NCBI GenBank assembly: GCA_964016885.1 | Contig: OZ024740.1 | Span: 127,162,001-127,226,000, forward strand | Origin: Eledone cirrhosa | Lineage: Eukaryota | Length of the DNA stretch: 64,000 nt | Direction of reading: 5' to 3' | Part shown: one piece after another, positions 41,384 to 54,863 of the stretch | Position numbering within the stretch: the first letter of the stretch is position 1 | Layout: each line of letters starts with the position of its first letter | Program-made: the position numbers and the translations under genes | The notes under the pieces: model-generated | Database searches by the model: none | What the model saw: the letters and a program-made list of their open reading frames with translations, nothing else | What the model was told of the DNA's origin: nothing

Positions 41384-42818
41384 TGTTTGTGTGTGTGTGT
41401 GTGTGTTTGCATTATGTGAGGCCTACCACCACAATGGATACATTCAGAATAAATTTCTGGATAAAATGGTGCAAATTACTCTTTTGGAAGGACAAAAGTT
41501 AGATAGCCCGCGGGAATGGAACCGTGCATCTGCCAATTTCCTTGTCTAATTATAATTACCCTATGCACCATGACAGGCTTTCATATGAAAAGCAAATAGA
41601 TTTCAAATGTAAAACTTGTTCAATTTCTTTGGAAATATATCATTTGATTTCATCCTGGTTAATACTTAAAGCTGATAATTGTACGGTTTGGCGTTCATCA
41701 AGCCCTTCAATGTAATGGATACTATAGCAATCTGGCATACGATAAATGGAACAAAGTTCAACATAATCGCCTGTCACAGAGCGTGGATTGATGCACGCGT
41801 GTGTCTCTGTCCACGATTACAATGTTTCATTTTGTACAATAAATTCCTTAAAATCTAAAGAAATATTGTTTATATACAAATTTTGAGCTTTTAATCTAAT
41901 CAAGGATTATCTTCTACAGTTGTTTCAAAATAATTTCGTATATTCCTTTGTTAGGATAATTTTCATGGACAGGGATGTAAAAATATTTATCCCAGAAATG
42001 ATATGGATTGAACAAATGTAATATAAGGACATCGAAATACTTTAGAACTTTCAAAAATGCTCTAGTCTATGCTTGGATTTGACATAGTATTTCGATTTTA
42101 TTTTCTTGTAAAATTTCAATGATTAATCGGTCTACATTCCAACAATATACTCTTATTTCGATTATGAAAATGACCGATATATCACACAACCCTATAAACC
42201 TAACTGAAAGATAAAAGTAAAAAAGGTTATTTTAGTTATGAATTCAGCATAACCATCAGATATATGATGCTTCCTAAGCTATTACTGCCGTTGTTTAGCT
42301 CCCGACCAACCTTATTTGAGCAAGCCTATATTCATCGATGCGCCAATTATATCCACTCCTAGGAATTCGTTTTCTAATATCTGCCTCAGTTAGTTTAGTG
42401 TGTATGTTGGAATGTGGCTGCTGTTTCTTGAAGGTAGATCGAGTGCTCTCTGCAGTTCTCCTTGGGAAAATGTTTGATTACAATTGTATCAACAATGACT
42501 ACCATGTCAGTTTTTATTTTTGTACAACTCAAGATTCTTTTTCATATTCTTTCTCCGGGTTCATCTTCCTCTTTTTAATACTTTAATATCTCACAGTACT
42601 ATATTTACACTTTTATCGAATAAAGTTTCAAATGTTTACAAACACACACCATCCATCTCAACATCTCACACATATTTCATTGTTTCTGGTCCAACTCAAA
42701 ATTACTTTTTCAGTTTTGACTTCTTCTCTTCAATATTTTATTTTCGCTATGTTCTATGTTTTGCACTGACGAAGTAGGGTGGACAACAAAAGTTGCGGGC
42801 ATGTAAATGCCTATATGG

Positions 42819-43070
42819 TTAAACTATATTAAATCTATATGTTTTATATGTCATCGGGTTTAAACATCTACCACTGAACTATATTAAATTTATATGTTGT
42901 ACATGTTGTTATTTTTAATGATCTACCTTATAATTTTATTAAAGCTATGTATTTTACATGTGCCATGTATAAGAATATCTACTTTTAAACTATATCAAAT
43001 CTGTTTTACACGGTGCCATGTTTAAAAAATCTTCCATTAAACTACATTAAAACCATAGGTTTTACAAGTT
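42819..43070. repeat. Degenerate ~55-58 bp minisatellite, ~4-5 copies
   Basis: Recurrent AACTATATTAAA..TATGTTTTACATG...ATCTAC. Confidence 0.75.
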
Positions 43071-43389
43071 TCTAGTTTTTCTCACATTATAAATGTCAAC
43101 CCTTTTTACATTGTTTTTAAGTTAGGTCCATGCACTCTCTTCGTTTTCTCCCGTTTATGGAACGCATCCACCTATCTATTTATCTACTCCTCACACTCTC
43201 ACCCCGAATTCATTCTCCTCCTCCCTCGATTGCTCCACACGCCTATCCCCGTATCCATTCCCCATCTCCCTCTCTCTAATTCTCCCGTACATTATCCCTC
43301 TACACATCTACCAACCACCCTCATACTGTCCCTATTTACAATTTTCCGCCTCAGCATCCAACACCCCACTTTTCAATGCCTGTCTCATC

Positions 43390-45520
43390 CCAGCCTTCCG
43401 CCCTGCGGGCGAGAGATCAGTTGCACTCGTGCGTCGCGCGAAGCAGCCCCAAGAATGGAAGAAATTGCACCAACTCTAACAAATTCTTCCAACCACCTCG
43501 CTTCAAACTCAATCGTCGCACGTCTGAATCCCTGCACCCTTGGCACTAGCCGGGAGTAATATCCACCTAGACACCACAGGTGCCTGACATGTTGGGGACC
43601 CGCACGGTTTTAACTCAGACGATTCCTTTGTGGAGATCTCCCGCCTCAGGCATTCACGAATGATCATCAGTATCTCCAACACTGCCCGCATTCTCACTAA
43701 GTACAGTGAGTACGTGGTATCTGCCCTGAGATACTACCCATGCTGCATCCGTGGTGGAGTAGATGGTCAGTGACCCGGCCTCCCCAAAGACCTCTCCTCC
43801 CCTTGCGATCTATTCAATAACATCCCTCACCAACAGATGTCTCAGCACGAAAATGGCCTGCCATACCTGCGATAATTTCCTCTCAGCCTGTCTGACTACG
43901 CTGGGGAAGAATGACAGAGGCGTCCGGTCCATCTCAGTGGAAAACATCTTCCGACAACCTTCAGTCAAGTTAGCTTGCAAGTCAGTCAAAGTTGACCCGA
44001 GTGAGGTGCTAAGCATTGTCCAGCTAGGAGTGGAATCAAGTGTAAAGGTGACGCTGCAGCTCGCTCATTCAGTCAGACACTGTATAGACTGCATGCTTCC
44101 CTCGTCATCGCACTTTCTTGTGAAGCTGGATATGGGAGACGTCTTCAACAGCTTTTGGTGAGATCATGTTCTAGAGAGGTGTCTCCAATGACCCTCCTCA
44201 ATTTAAGCTCTCACTACCTCTCGTACGGAATACGCAGCTCACTCATGGCAGCTGATAACAGGGATTATGCCAACACGGGTGTCCAAAAGTGAGACCCATT
44301 CGACATACATGTCTTTGCGCTTGCAGTCAACAACATGGCTTGCTCTTTCCAGTCACTTCACAATGTTTAGTGCCTGGAAAACGGGACCCTGGGTGGCACT
44401 TCTGAGGCGGTAGTTGTGGACGTTCCACAAATCATCCCATCTTTAAAGTTCCTTGGATTCTAGATCAACCAATCCAAGTCTGAGGTGACAAACGTTAGCT
44501 ACGGAGAAAACGAATTCCATTCACCATAATCAGCATCCATCCCATCCTGTCTGGGGCTTGGCTAACGCCCAAATGTGGAACATGCATGCTCGGTTCTCAA
44601 ATTCTCTCAAAAGCCATTAGAAAATGCCTGGAGACCAAGTATGGAGACTTGTCCCGAATGGCAGAGAGGCAACATCTCATTGAGGGCGCTCTTCACTTGA
44701 GAATTAGCTCCTTCCCCGCTTCCCCAAGAAATTTCCGGCACCTTCTCACTGATATGGACACCACCATTCGTGGCTGTGCAGAACTCATTTCCTATGTCAG
44801 CTTCAACAGCGTAGCTGGCAACAGGCGTATCTCCCAGCTAGGTCCCGTGGCCTCGTCCTCCGATCCGCTTCGGATATGGCTCTACCGCCCTAACGTTTCT
44901 TAAGCTAATCGAGTCGTTTTCCAGTCTGCAATATCCTCAACAAGATGGCCGAACCTGTTGTGGCCCCAGAGATCGAAAAGGCTCTGGTCGACAGGAAAGA
45001 CAGTGGCCTCTCTTTCACCCAGAATACAAATGTCCAACGTAATTGGAATGACATCAAATGTAGGTTTTCGTCTGGCAGATCGAGTCTGGCTTGGATCAAC
45101 ACCACCTCGCCTGCCTCTCCTCAACTTCACAGCCAAACAGCGGCGCTTGGCTCAATTTGGTGCCTTTCCTCATCAACCGGTACCCTTCTTTATGAGTAGG
45201 TCACTCACATCAGATTGGCCCAACGCCCCGACCTCCTCGTGTATTAGCCACGTAAATGCGGTTGTGGGACAGTCGTTGACAGGTTCAGCTTGAACACACA
45301 GTGTTGCTGCTAGAGCGCAGGTGGTTTCCCTGAAATGGAGTTCTCAATGATATATTGAGAAGGAGCCTTGAGGTAGCTGGCTTCCCATCACAAATGGAGC
45401 AAGCATGCCTCGACCGTGGAGGCGGCTAAACGCCTCGACGGAATTACCCTCATCTCAGATGCCACATTTTGCGACACTTTCTCCACCTCCAACTTATTTG
45501 CTTTGGTCACAAACCCCGGT
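43390..45520 (+). mobile_element. Degenerate CRE-clade non-LTR retrotransposon (RT and RLE remnants)
   Basis: LTTLGKNDRGVRSISVENIFRQ..K (K.dGgvRPIavG..lRRl..K), QLGV, LAHSVR, VKLDMGDVFNS (KlDf.NAFN), TGVQK*DPF..FALAV, and downstream LNDILRRSL..P..E..RLDGIT. Confidence 0.78.
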
Positions 45521-47842
45521 ACTACCCCTTTCTCCTTTTCTCATCTAATTTCTTTTTCATATTTATGTAATTATCAAGTCTTTTTGAGTTAACTTTGTGA
45601 TTGAAACATGTGTTGAGATTAAATATCTCTATAACCCCCAGCATCTCCAAAAAATGATAATCCAATGTCTATCTCCACTCGTTTAGAAATATAACAGGCA
45701 GGTACATCTCTGCAATTTTTAGCTTGTCAATTGACCCGAATAGAGTCTCCCTCATTGCTTCGTACTATGAAATTGAATATGGTGGAGAACCCTTAACACA
45801 ATGGTAGCACATTCAAATGAGATTCTGTATGTAAATCCGTTACATTACGTTCTGTGTTAAAATAGTATCTAGGCTGAATTTGGTCTCATCTTCCAACTAT
45901 TGATATGCGGCACCGACTATCTTCTTGATTAACTCCAGCGTGCGTAGTCATGTACAATTTTCTAAATTGTGCCGATTTTACGGATATGAGTTAATCTTTA
46001 CAAGACGACATGAGTGTCCTTTACAATTCTAATTCCTTTTATCTGAGAAGTTTCGAAAAGACACAACTTTTCGACTCAAATATATTCCGATGCAATATAT
46101 ATGCCTGTATATATAAGAAATATATTCAACAAAACAGAATTTAAAATGTTGCGTATGATAAGCATAAAGAAAAGGTAAACAAACACTCAACGAGAAGCTG
46201 TTTTGTTCTGTCATTTGAAGACAGGTCACATGTTTTCATCACCAAATGTTTTTTATTCACATACAAACTCTCAGAAATAAAGTATTTTAATAATTAATTA
46301 TAATTATCTTTTATATTATTCCAAAATCGTTTGTCCAATTATTTGTTCTTGAGAATAGGAGTGTTACTTTGGCCTTTGAGATCATTTGAAGTTCTGTTAG
46401 ATCAACGCAGTTAAATTACCTTGTGAATGGCTGCATGTGAATGGCTACATTAATAGGATGGTCAAGAATACATGAATCTCTGGGCTAGCCCAATAGAAAT
46501 GTTTAATGTAGCGTTCAGTGGGAGTGAAAATATGATTGATAAGATTAAGAGCTGTGAATTCACGAAGCCAGCTATGTCCGAGATGTAAGGCTAGGGGTCT
46601 GCGGACTATAGGTTGAACTGCAGTGGTGACTGATTTCATGCCAATCATTCAGGAAGCTTCTGGGGGATGCGGACTAGAGTGGCAGCAACCTATTTGAAAT
46701 GCTTACTGAAACAATAATATACTTAAAATTTCGATTTCAATTCGTTGTTGAAAAACGCACCCGAAATACTTAATTATTTATATCCATATTTGTATGGAGG
46801 TATAGAACAATTAAACGTGCATAAATAAACAAGGTGAACCTAAACACAATGAACATGAATGCATTTTCAATAGGCTTTGGAATTCAATGTTTTCACTTGG
46901 ATAATGGTTATTCAAACTTGCTAATAGCACACACTAAACAGGAAATCATCCTATTACTCGAGGAGCGCTCACCTGTCACCAGCTGCAATGCAAACGGTGT
47001 TTTAATTCAAGTACAAACTTTCAATAACACTTCCTTTTGATAATGAATCCTTTTAAATTATTCTATAAGATTCATTAGGATATTCTTAAGTGGCATTTAT
47101 TAATATTTCATTGACAGTATATTAAGGAGTAAATACATAAGGTCTGCAGGGATTATGAAAGCAACAATGAAATAAATGATGCTTGTGATACGAAAAATAT
47201 GTACACCCTTTATAATATTGACTAGTACATATGGTAATACAAATAGTATAAGAGGCATTGATATGAGAACATTTATTAACTCGTTAAAAATGTTTAAAAT
47301 GTCATATGTTGCAGGAGGTGAGTTTTAATCAGATTTAACGTGGTAGTAATAAGTTCTAGACATGGCAAGATTCCATACTGATGATATTGCTCATATTCCT
47401 TTTTTCACGTAATTCCACATGGAGTCGTGGGGGCGTTGGTTTAACATGCGGCTTTTTTGGGGCATTTTTCTTTAAAACATGGTGGACCTTATCTACATTG
47501 CAGGTCTGATACAGAAGATTTATCCCAGAAAAGGATCGAAAATGTGGAAGTGAGAAAGAGACACAGAGGAAGAATTGATCTTTACTAGACTGGTATTTTT
47601 TTATAGTCCACAAATTGATGAAAGCAAGGTTCACCACAGAGTGTGATGTCAACAAGGGAAATATAATAAATTGAGCAAAACGAGAAGAAAGCAGTCTTGA
47701 ACAAACGCGAAAGAATATTGCGTCTCCATCAGCCGAATGTGGATTGCGTACCAACAATAGATTTTAAGAATCTAACACCTAACAAATATACATAATACGA
47801 GTGTATTCCGACGAATGCGACAATACACTTTAGTATATATAT

Positions 47843-48163
47843 ATAAAGAATGTAAGGTTGTTTTTTAAAGGTCCCACATGGTTAAACACATAAGGGAAAG
47901 AAATTGAAAATGCAACTGGAGACTTTTAAGCATATTTATTTATTTTACCGGTTTCACAGTTCTTATGATTTTCAAAATAGCAATCTGAGCTACTTTTTTG
48001 TATAAAACAGAACGAATCTTCGAAACCCAACTAGATGTGAGACAAACCACAAAAGAAACAAAAAAAATCTATCTTAATTTTACTTTTAAAAATCATAAGA
48101 ACTGTGAAACCGTCTAAGTAAATATATTTTCTTAAAATACTCTAGTTGCATTTTCAATTTCTT

Positions 48164-48165
<2 letters not shown>
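47843..48165 (-). mobile_element. ~80-bp inverted arms with one-sided tail between (TA)n tracts; degenerate hammerhead-like motif in the arm
   Basis: 47897-47977 mirrors 48084-48164, with an extension at 47843-47896 on one side only. Minus strand of 47941-47980 reads CTATT-TTGAAAA-TCATAAGAACTGT-GAAAC-CG-GTA-AAATA. Confidence 0.65.
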
Positions 48166-48214
<49 letters not shown>

Positions 48215-48215
48215 A

Positions 48216-49030
48216 GTGTTCGGCCGTTAACGTTTGTTATAGCTCTGGTTCATCTGAATCATTGAGCACTTGCCACAGATCTCGGAGGTTGTTTTTCGTT
48301 ATTTCGTGGGCCGAAATACGATTCTCGAAAATTTATATTTGTATTATTCTCCAGATTCCAGCTATTGACCAATTAATTTTCTTAATTTTTTAGTTGATTC
48401 TATTGACTGATGAATAGCTTATGTTAATTTTAACCCTTCTGTTGAGAACTCTATTCGATTTGTGATGTTTTTTGCATTCTTGCAATAATATACACAACTG
48501 AATTAATTTGCCTGATCTAGGGGTTGACTCCTTTGCCGATTCCCACGTGGGGTCAGCAATAGTCAGTCTTTGTATTAACATTGAACTAAAACCTGTTGAG
48601 AAAGCGGCTTCCTTCTTCAATCATCTTACCAGAAGCCTAACATTATTTATGTAAGCGGACAGTACTTGATTTAGGAGCCGCAGAAACCCAAATGCTGGAT
48701 TTTACCAACCTTCCAAGGGTCCGGGTAAATTTTCAATCACAGATATTTTTTATTTGTTTGACCCGAATTACTTGATCGTTCTTTTGGCTATGCGGATGAT
48801 TGTTTAACCATCGTCTCAGTGTGTTCGGCCTTTAACGTTTGTTATAGATCTGGTTCATCCGAATCATTGAGCACTTGCCACACATCTCGGAGGTTGTTTT
48901 TCGTTATTTCGTGGGCCGAAATGCGATTCCCGATAATTTATAATTTTTCCTATTACCCACTCTACTACCCTAAGTATTGAGTACTTTCGTGCGATATGGT
49001 CCACCTGGTTCCTTACCACATTTCCTCCGT
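48216..49030 (+). mobile_element. Non-coding ~600-nt unit with ~120-bp terminal direct repeats plus tail (copy B)
   Basis: GTGTTCGGCC at 48216 and 48821 (period 605). Homologous to the reverse complement of 10335-11041. The tail is shared with 6808-6890. Flanked by (TA)n. Confidence 0.78.
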
Positions 49031-49096
<66 letters not shown>

Positions 49097-49131
49097 TGTG
49101 CATGTGTGTGTATGTGTGTGTGTGTGTGTGT

Positions 49132-49185
<54 letters not shown>

Positions 49186-49199
49186 CCGTTTCCAGATGT

Positions 49200-50150
49200 T
49201 CCCAACATGTTTCTGGAGAGTGATCTATGAGTGCGCTTGCATCTTCAAGCCCCGACTGGTTGCTTGATTACAAGTCAGTTTTTACGTGAGCTGACTGGAA
49301 GCTGCCAAACTTGAACTTTAATCTGGCGGCCCCTTATTTCTTTTATTTTAGATTAAAATCAAGTTTGAGTTTGCAGTATACGAAAAGATGGTTGGAGTGA
49401 CATTACCCGCTGGGCTTGACTCAGGTATGCGAGATGTTTTCAGTTAACACAAGTGCACGAGAACACAATGAGTAATATTCCGATATTTGGAACTAAGACG
49501 CATCCAGTTTGTTTTTAAAATGTCCTTCTGCTGGAAGATCGCATTCATGTTGATGAGTTGCGCATGTCACGAATAGCATGTACCCATTTTTATTGCAGTT
49601 ACCAACGCCATATCTCTCCAGGACTCCGCCTCAACGTACATAATCTAACTTCACATTCGCGTTGAAATCAAGGATTATGATATTTTAGTCCGTAGAGGTG
49701 CCCTGTAAAATTTGGTAATTTCTAAACGATCTGTTTGAAGAATTGGGGAGTACACACTGAAGAACCTGACACATTGTTGATTACTCGCTGATAGTGCAGT
49801 TAGAATGACATATTAACAGATTTATGTTTGGAAGAGATAAATTTCTTGACCATAATGCCTAATCCTGAAAGAAGTCTTTCTAATACTGGTTTGCCTGACA
49901 AATAGTGGGTGTATCCGGCACTAGGCTTTTGTATGTTGGCTTCCTCTGAAAGGTGGACTACACTAAGGAAAGTGATATCAACATTCAGGCTTGAGAAACA
50001 CGTGTTCAATTAAATCAGAATCCACGTAATGGACGACTGCTGTCAACTGTGTCTAGTCTGGCTCTGATATCTCAGCATGCGGTCTTTTAGTCCTCTCAAT
50101 CTCTTAGGGGTTAGTGTGTACCTTTTTTCCGTTGACGTTTTTCGATCGCA
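49200..50150 (-). mobile_element. Degenerate RTE (BovB-like) LINE 5' part: APE endonuclease
   Basis: LNVDITFLSVVH..GYTHYLSGKP..ERLLSGLGIMVK (DIAALSE..GYT.ywSG..GVGF). Downstream CHSNHLFV is homologous to the APE end at ~9690. Confidence 0.78.
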
Positions 50151-50175
50151 TGAAAATGTTACCTGCTAATCAGAT

Positions 50176-50770
50176 ATGGCAAACGCACACAAACCGTCCG
50201 TCATTTACTATCGCCTTTCCGCCATGCCTTGCCTCCGTTCACGCCTCAGTAAATTGGAACGTCTCTTTTTCCACTTTTTATTGATGGGGCTGGTTATATG
50301 TGTGAGTTGTTTCATATGCTACCAGCAACTTCTACGCAGAGGCCAGGGCGTACCATTGCTGATGATGCACAAGCACGCGCTCAGGTTACGGTATCTTCAG
50401 ATATTCTTAAACGGTGAACAGGTGCTCACCGTTTTAAGGCATGCCTAGTCACAGCCCCTCTTTTGACTGAGCTGCAGGCCTGGATCAACAAGAAACCTTG
50501 ATACGGTCAGTCTGTGAGTGTTGCAAGAATGACCCGTGTGAATGGGGCTACTCTAATCATGCGGCTGGAGGTTGTTTGATATGAGGAGTCGAGGGTTTCT
50601 TTTTCCGGGTGCGCACGAAGCGTCGATTGGTTCAGGTTTAGTGGTATCCGAGTTGACCCTGGGTAAATATACCCCAAATTAAGGATTTTATTTTGTTATA
50701 ATTTTTATTGACAATTGATTTTTTGTCTTCATTTTTACTCGATTTTATTGTAAATCCCCACTGTCCCTGC
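50176..50770 (+). mobile_element. Old internally deleted L1-Tx1 fragment with 3' UTR remnant
   Basis: ANAHKPSVIYYRLSAMPC..KLERLFFHFL..MMHKHALRLRYLQ, then jumps to the C-terminal ARMTRVNGATL. Confidence 0.75.
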
Positions 50771-53128
50771 CTTTTTGCGAAAAGCCGATAACAGCAGGTG
50801 AAATGCGGGAAGCGATGTCTGACTGCTCGAGGGGTAAATAACCAGGTTTGGATGGTCGGCCCTACGAGCTTTATGTGTACATACATGTCAGACTTGTTTG
50901 GCGACCTCTTGGCAGACGTCTACTGCAAATGGGAGCAGAACGGGAGCATTCCCAGTTTTGTGAGCCGGGGAGCGGTGGCGCTGTTGAGAAAAAACCCGGA
51001 TAAAGGGTACGTTGTAGACAACTTCAGGCCCATAACTATGTTAAACACAGACTTCAAGATTTTGGCCAATGTGTTAGCAACGAGATTGGCGCTTGTCGTC
51101 GGTAATCTGGTAGGAGAGGCGCAGACATGCGCCATTCCAGAGTGGTCCATCCACGACAAACTCAAACTCATGCGATACATCATAGAGAGGGTTGTTAAGG
51201 AACATGGCACGGGTGGGGCCCTAATCAACTTAGATCAATCTAAGGCATTTGACAGGGTCGACCATCAGCACCTTGCGGCGGTCCTCAAGGCGGCTGGTTT
51301 CGGGCCCATTTTCAGGGGTTGGATCGCTGTGATGCACAGCGACATCTGCTCAGTTATGAAGGTGAACGGTTATCTGACACAGCGGTTCAACCCCATGCGC
51401 TCGATCCGTCAGTGTTGTTCCCTCTCGTCACTCTTCTACGTATTCCCCTAGAGCCGTTACTGCACAAATTAGAGGCGATGAAAGACGTCCCACGCAAACT
51501 GGGATATGGGAGATCCGTATCGGCTTACGCGAACAACGTCACCGTGGTGGTGTCAAGCGCCGAACATGTCCAGATGCTCGGCACCACTCTGAGGGAATAT
51601 GAAGCAGTGACAGGACCAAAGTTATATCAGGAAAAGTCGGTAGGCTTGCAGCTCGGCATCTAGAGAGGCAGGTCCAAGCCGCCCGACATCGTCGTGGGGC
51701 GCTGAACGGAAGGACCTGTTAAATTGCTCCGGACCTCCAGATGGAGAAAAACTGGAGCGAGGTGACTAGCAGGGTGGCCTCTTTCACCCAGAAATGGGCC
51801 GAGAGGAAACTGACCCTGAATGGTCGGACAGAGATGGCGAATGCGTTCATCGCATCCGTCATCTGCTGCCGCCTAACCGTTGTGTCTTGCCCCGGCGCAA
51901 CTCTGACCAAAATGGAGCGCCTCCTCTTCCGCTTGTTATGGAAGAAAACGGCTCCCATGATCAGACGCTCCCTCTTATTTCAATACGCGTTGCGTGGAGG
52001 ACTGAGCATGCCGTGGCTGATGATGCGCAAACACGCACTGATGCTACAATACCTCTGGTGCTTCCTTGACGGTGAATAGGTGTGGTCACCGGATGTCAGA
52101 GATGTTTTTCCCCAGCTCGTCTCATTAACGGAGTTGCATCCTGGATCAGGAAAAGACCAAGGGATAGCGCTTGGAAGCTGGAATGTCTCTAAGCGCGCAC
52201 AACCTTCTACCAGATGAGCACTAATATCGGTGGAACATCCACCTCGGCGTTCTATAGAGGACTAGTAGGGGAAGAGTGACCACATACTCGGGGAGACCCT
52301 GGGTGTATAAGACGATCAGTTGTTCGCTCTCTTCAAGAGAACTTTCAGCCCGGGGCCTATGCACAACTTCCAGAAATCCCTGGCCTGGCAGTGCTAACGG
52401 GGAGCGTTGTCGGTTCGAGATAAGCTCTACAGGCACGGAAGTGCCGTCGGCCGAACCTGTCCGAGATGCGCATAGAGCGAGGAAAGCATTGGGCACGCAC
52501 TCGTTCAGTGTTTGAGCATGGCTGACTTGTGGAGCTATGTCGAACATTTTCTGTCACGTGTAGGACGGATCCGGTTATCGACTGAGTGCATTGTGCAGAT
52601 AGCCCCGCCGTCCTCATTTAAGGGGGTGGGAGGGCAGGCAGTTTTCGTCTGCCTGGTGGCCATGGCGAAAGAGATTGTATTGCGGTCAAGGTTGAAAGTA
52701 TTGAAGACGGACACTTTCCTCTTCGGCGAATCCCTGATTAACTTTTTAAAATTTCACTCGAAAAGGAAAATCAGTGGGGAGAGACAAGTGCTGTCTTCTA
52801 ATAATCTTCTTTTAGGTGGGTGAAAGTGGCAAGGCTGGTCCGAGTGAACGGGCAACTCTGAGTATGCGCCTGTAGATTGAGGAGTGTAAAACTGGGAGGG
52901 GGAGCTCTGGTGGTCAGGATGGTCGTCATCTTTTGTGTGGTTTTCGCCACGAGTGAACCTCGGAGGTTTCCCTCTAATTGGGGAATTGTTGTTGTCTGAA
53001 TCTTTTTGATATTTCTATCTTCTTCTTATAACCTTTTTTACAAGGCCAAAACCTGTATCGTCCTGTACCGTTCTGTGCCGTCTGTAATGTTTTACTTCAT
53101 ATTAGCCCTTGTGGCCAATAAAGAAACC
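50771..53128 (+). mobile_element. 5'-truncated degenerate L1-Tx1 LINE including RT domain
   Basis: NFRPITMLNTDFKILANVLATRL, QTCAIP, LDQSKAFDRVDH, SAYANNVTV. Several stops. 3' end GCCCTTGTGGCCAATAAAGAAAC. Confidence 0.9.
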
Positions 53129-53134
53129 ATCGTA

Positions 53135-54360
53135 CATCGCATCCGTCATCTGCTACCGCCTCACCGTCGTCCCTTGCTCCAGCCCAACTCTCACCAAAAT
53201 GGAGCGCCTCCTCTTTCGCTTTTTGTGGAAGGGACGCGCTCCCATGGTCAGACGATCCATCTGCTGTCAACACCCATTGCATGGAGGACTGGACATGCCA
53301 TGACTGATGATGCGCAAACATGCGCTGAGGCTGCGACATCTCTGGTGCTTCCTTGATGGTGAACAGGTGTGGTCGCCGTGCGCCAGGCACCTTTTCCCAC
53401 AGCACGTCTCTTTGACGGAGCTGCAGTCCTGGGTCAGAAAAAGACCGAGGGATAGCGCTTGGAAAGAGGAATGTCTCCAGGCGCTCACTGCCCTCTCCCA
53501 GCTGGGCACCAGTATCGGTGGAACATCCACCTCGGCGTTCTATAGAGGACTAGTGGAGGGGAAGAGCGACGACATTCTCGGAGAGATCCTGGACGTCGAA
53601 GAAGATCAGCTGTTTGCTCTCTTCCGGAGAACTTTCAGCCTGGGGCCTATGGATAACTTCCAAAAATCCCTGGCCTGGCAGTGCTACCGGGGAGCGCTGT
53701 CGGTGCGAGATAAGCTCTACAGGCACGGAAGTGCCGTCAGCCGCGCCTGTCCGAGGTGCGCACAGAGCGACGAAACCGTCGTGCACGCACTCGTTCAGTG
53801 CCCGAGCATTGCTGACTTGTGGAGCTATGTCGAACAGTTGCTGTCGCGTGTGGGACTGATCCGGTTGTCCACTGAGTCCATTGTGCAGACGGTCTCGCCG
53901 TCTTCTTTCGAGAAGGAAGGGCAGGCGGTTCTCATCTGCCTGGTGGCCATCGCGAAAGAGATTGTGTGGTGGACAAGATTAAAAGGGTTAAAGACAGAGA
54001 CTTTCCTCTTCGGCGAATCCCTAATTAACTTGTTCAAGTTTCACTTGAAGAGGAAAATCAGGGTGGAGAGGCAAGTGCTGCTTTCTAGCAAGTTTGTTGA
54101 AAGGTGGGGGAACGTAGCGAGAATGGACCGAGTGAACGGGACCACTCTGTATATACGTCTGTAGTTTGAGGGATGGAAAAATTGAGAGAGGGCGCTTGCC
54201 CTGGTGGTCAGGGTGGCCGTCGTCTTTTGTGTGGTTTTTGCCACGAGCAACTCTCGGAGGTTTCCCCCCTATTGGGGAATTTTTCGTTGTTTCAATTTTC
54301 ATTTTTATTGTTTATATATATGTTTCTATGTCCTTTTTTTCTTTTCTTATATAAATAATA
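53135..54360 (+). mobile_element. Second 5'-truncated L1-Tx1 copy directly in tandem
   Basis: IASVICYRLTVVPC through the 285-aa ORF 53307-54164, with one stop at 53301-53303. The 3' UTR is homologous to 52875-53010. Confidence 0.9.
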
Positions 54361-54464
54361 AAAATATTTACACGCACAAAACCCACATCTTACCGTCCTC
54401 TACCGTTTGTAATGTTTTTCTTGATGTCAGCCCTTGATGTCAGAAATCATTATTATTATTATTG

Positions 54465-54821
54465 TTCTTTGAGTCTCAGTCATTGATGTTAGTTAACTGG
54501 AAAGTTTGTTGAAATGAATATCAAGCCACTACCTGCAGCCTCAGATATTCAGGACGTATCGGAGGGTTCTTGCTGTTCCCAGCAAGCATGCCTTTTGAAG
54601 CGTTCCAAAAAGCGTGGCGGGGCCAATTTTCTTTAACAATCCCTGGAACCTTTTGAGATAGTACCTAGTGCGCCTATGACAATCGGGACCACTTTGACTT
54701 CATGGCAGTTCCAAATCCTTTTTACCTCCCACTTTAAGTCCTGGTATCGGTTAATTTTCTCCCTCTCCTTCTCTTGCACTCTCGTGTCGAATGGGCAGGC
54801 CACATCCAGAATCAGGCACTC
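54465..54821 (-). mobile_element. Short 3' fragment of an R4/Dong-type element (RLE C-terminus) between (TTA)n tracts
   Basis: CLILDVACPFD..EREKINRYQDLKWEVKRIW..VVPIVIGALG and ACLLGTARTLRYVL. Confidence 0.85.
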
Positions 54822-54863
54822 GTTATTATTATTATTATTATTGTTATTATTATTATTATTATT
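54822..54863. repeat. (TTA)n tract at the 3' junction of Dong copy 1
   Basis: Directly visible. Confidence 0.95.

Noticed and set aside
47356-47757. Possible piggyBac transposase fragment (NLAFINLWTI; YQTCNVDKVH)
   Set aside because: The motif-like pieces are in the wrong order and weak; no TTAA/TIR support.
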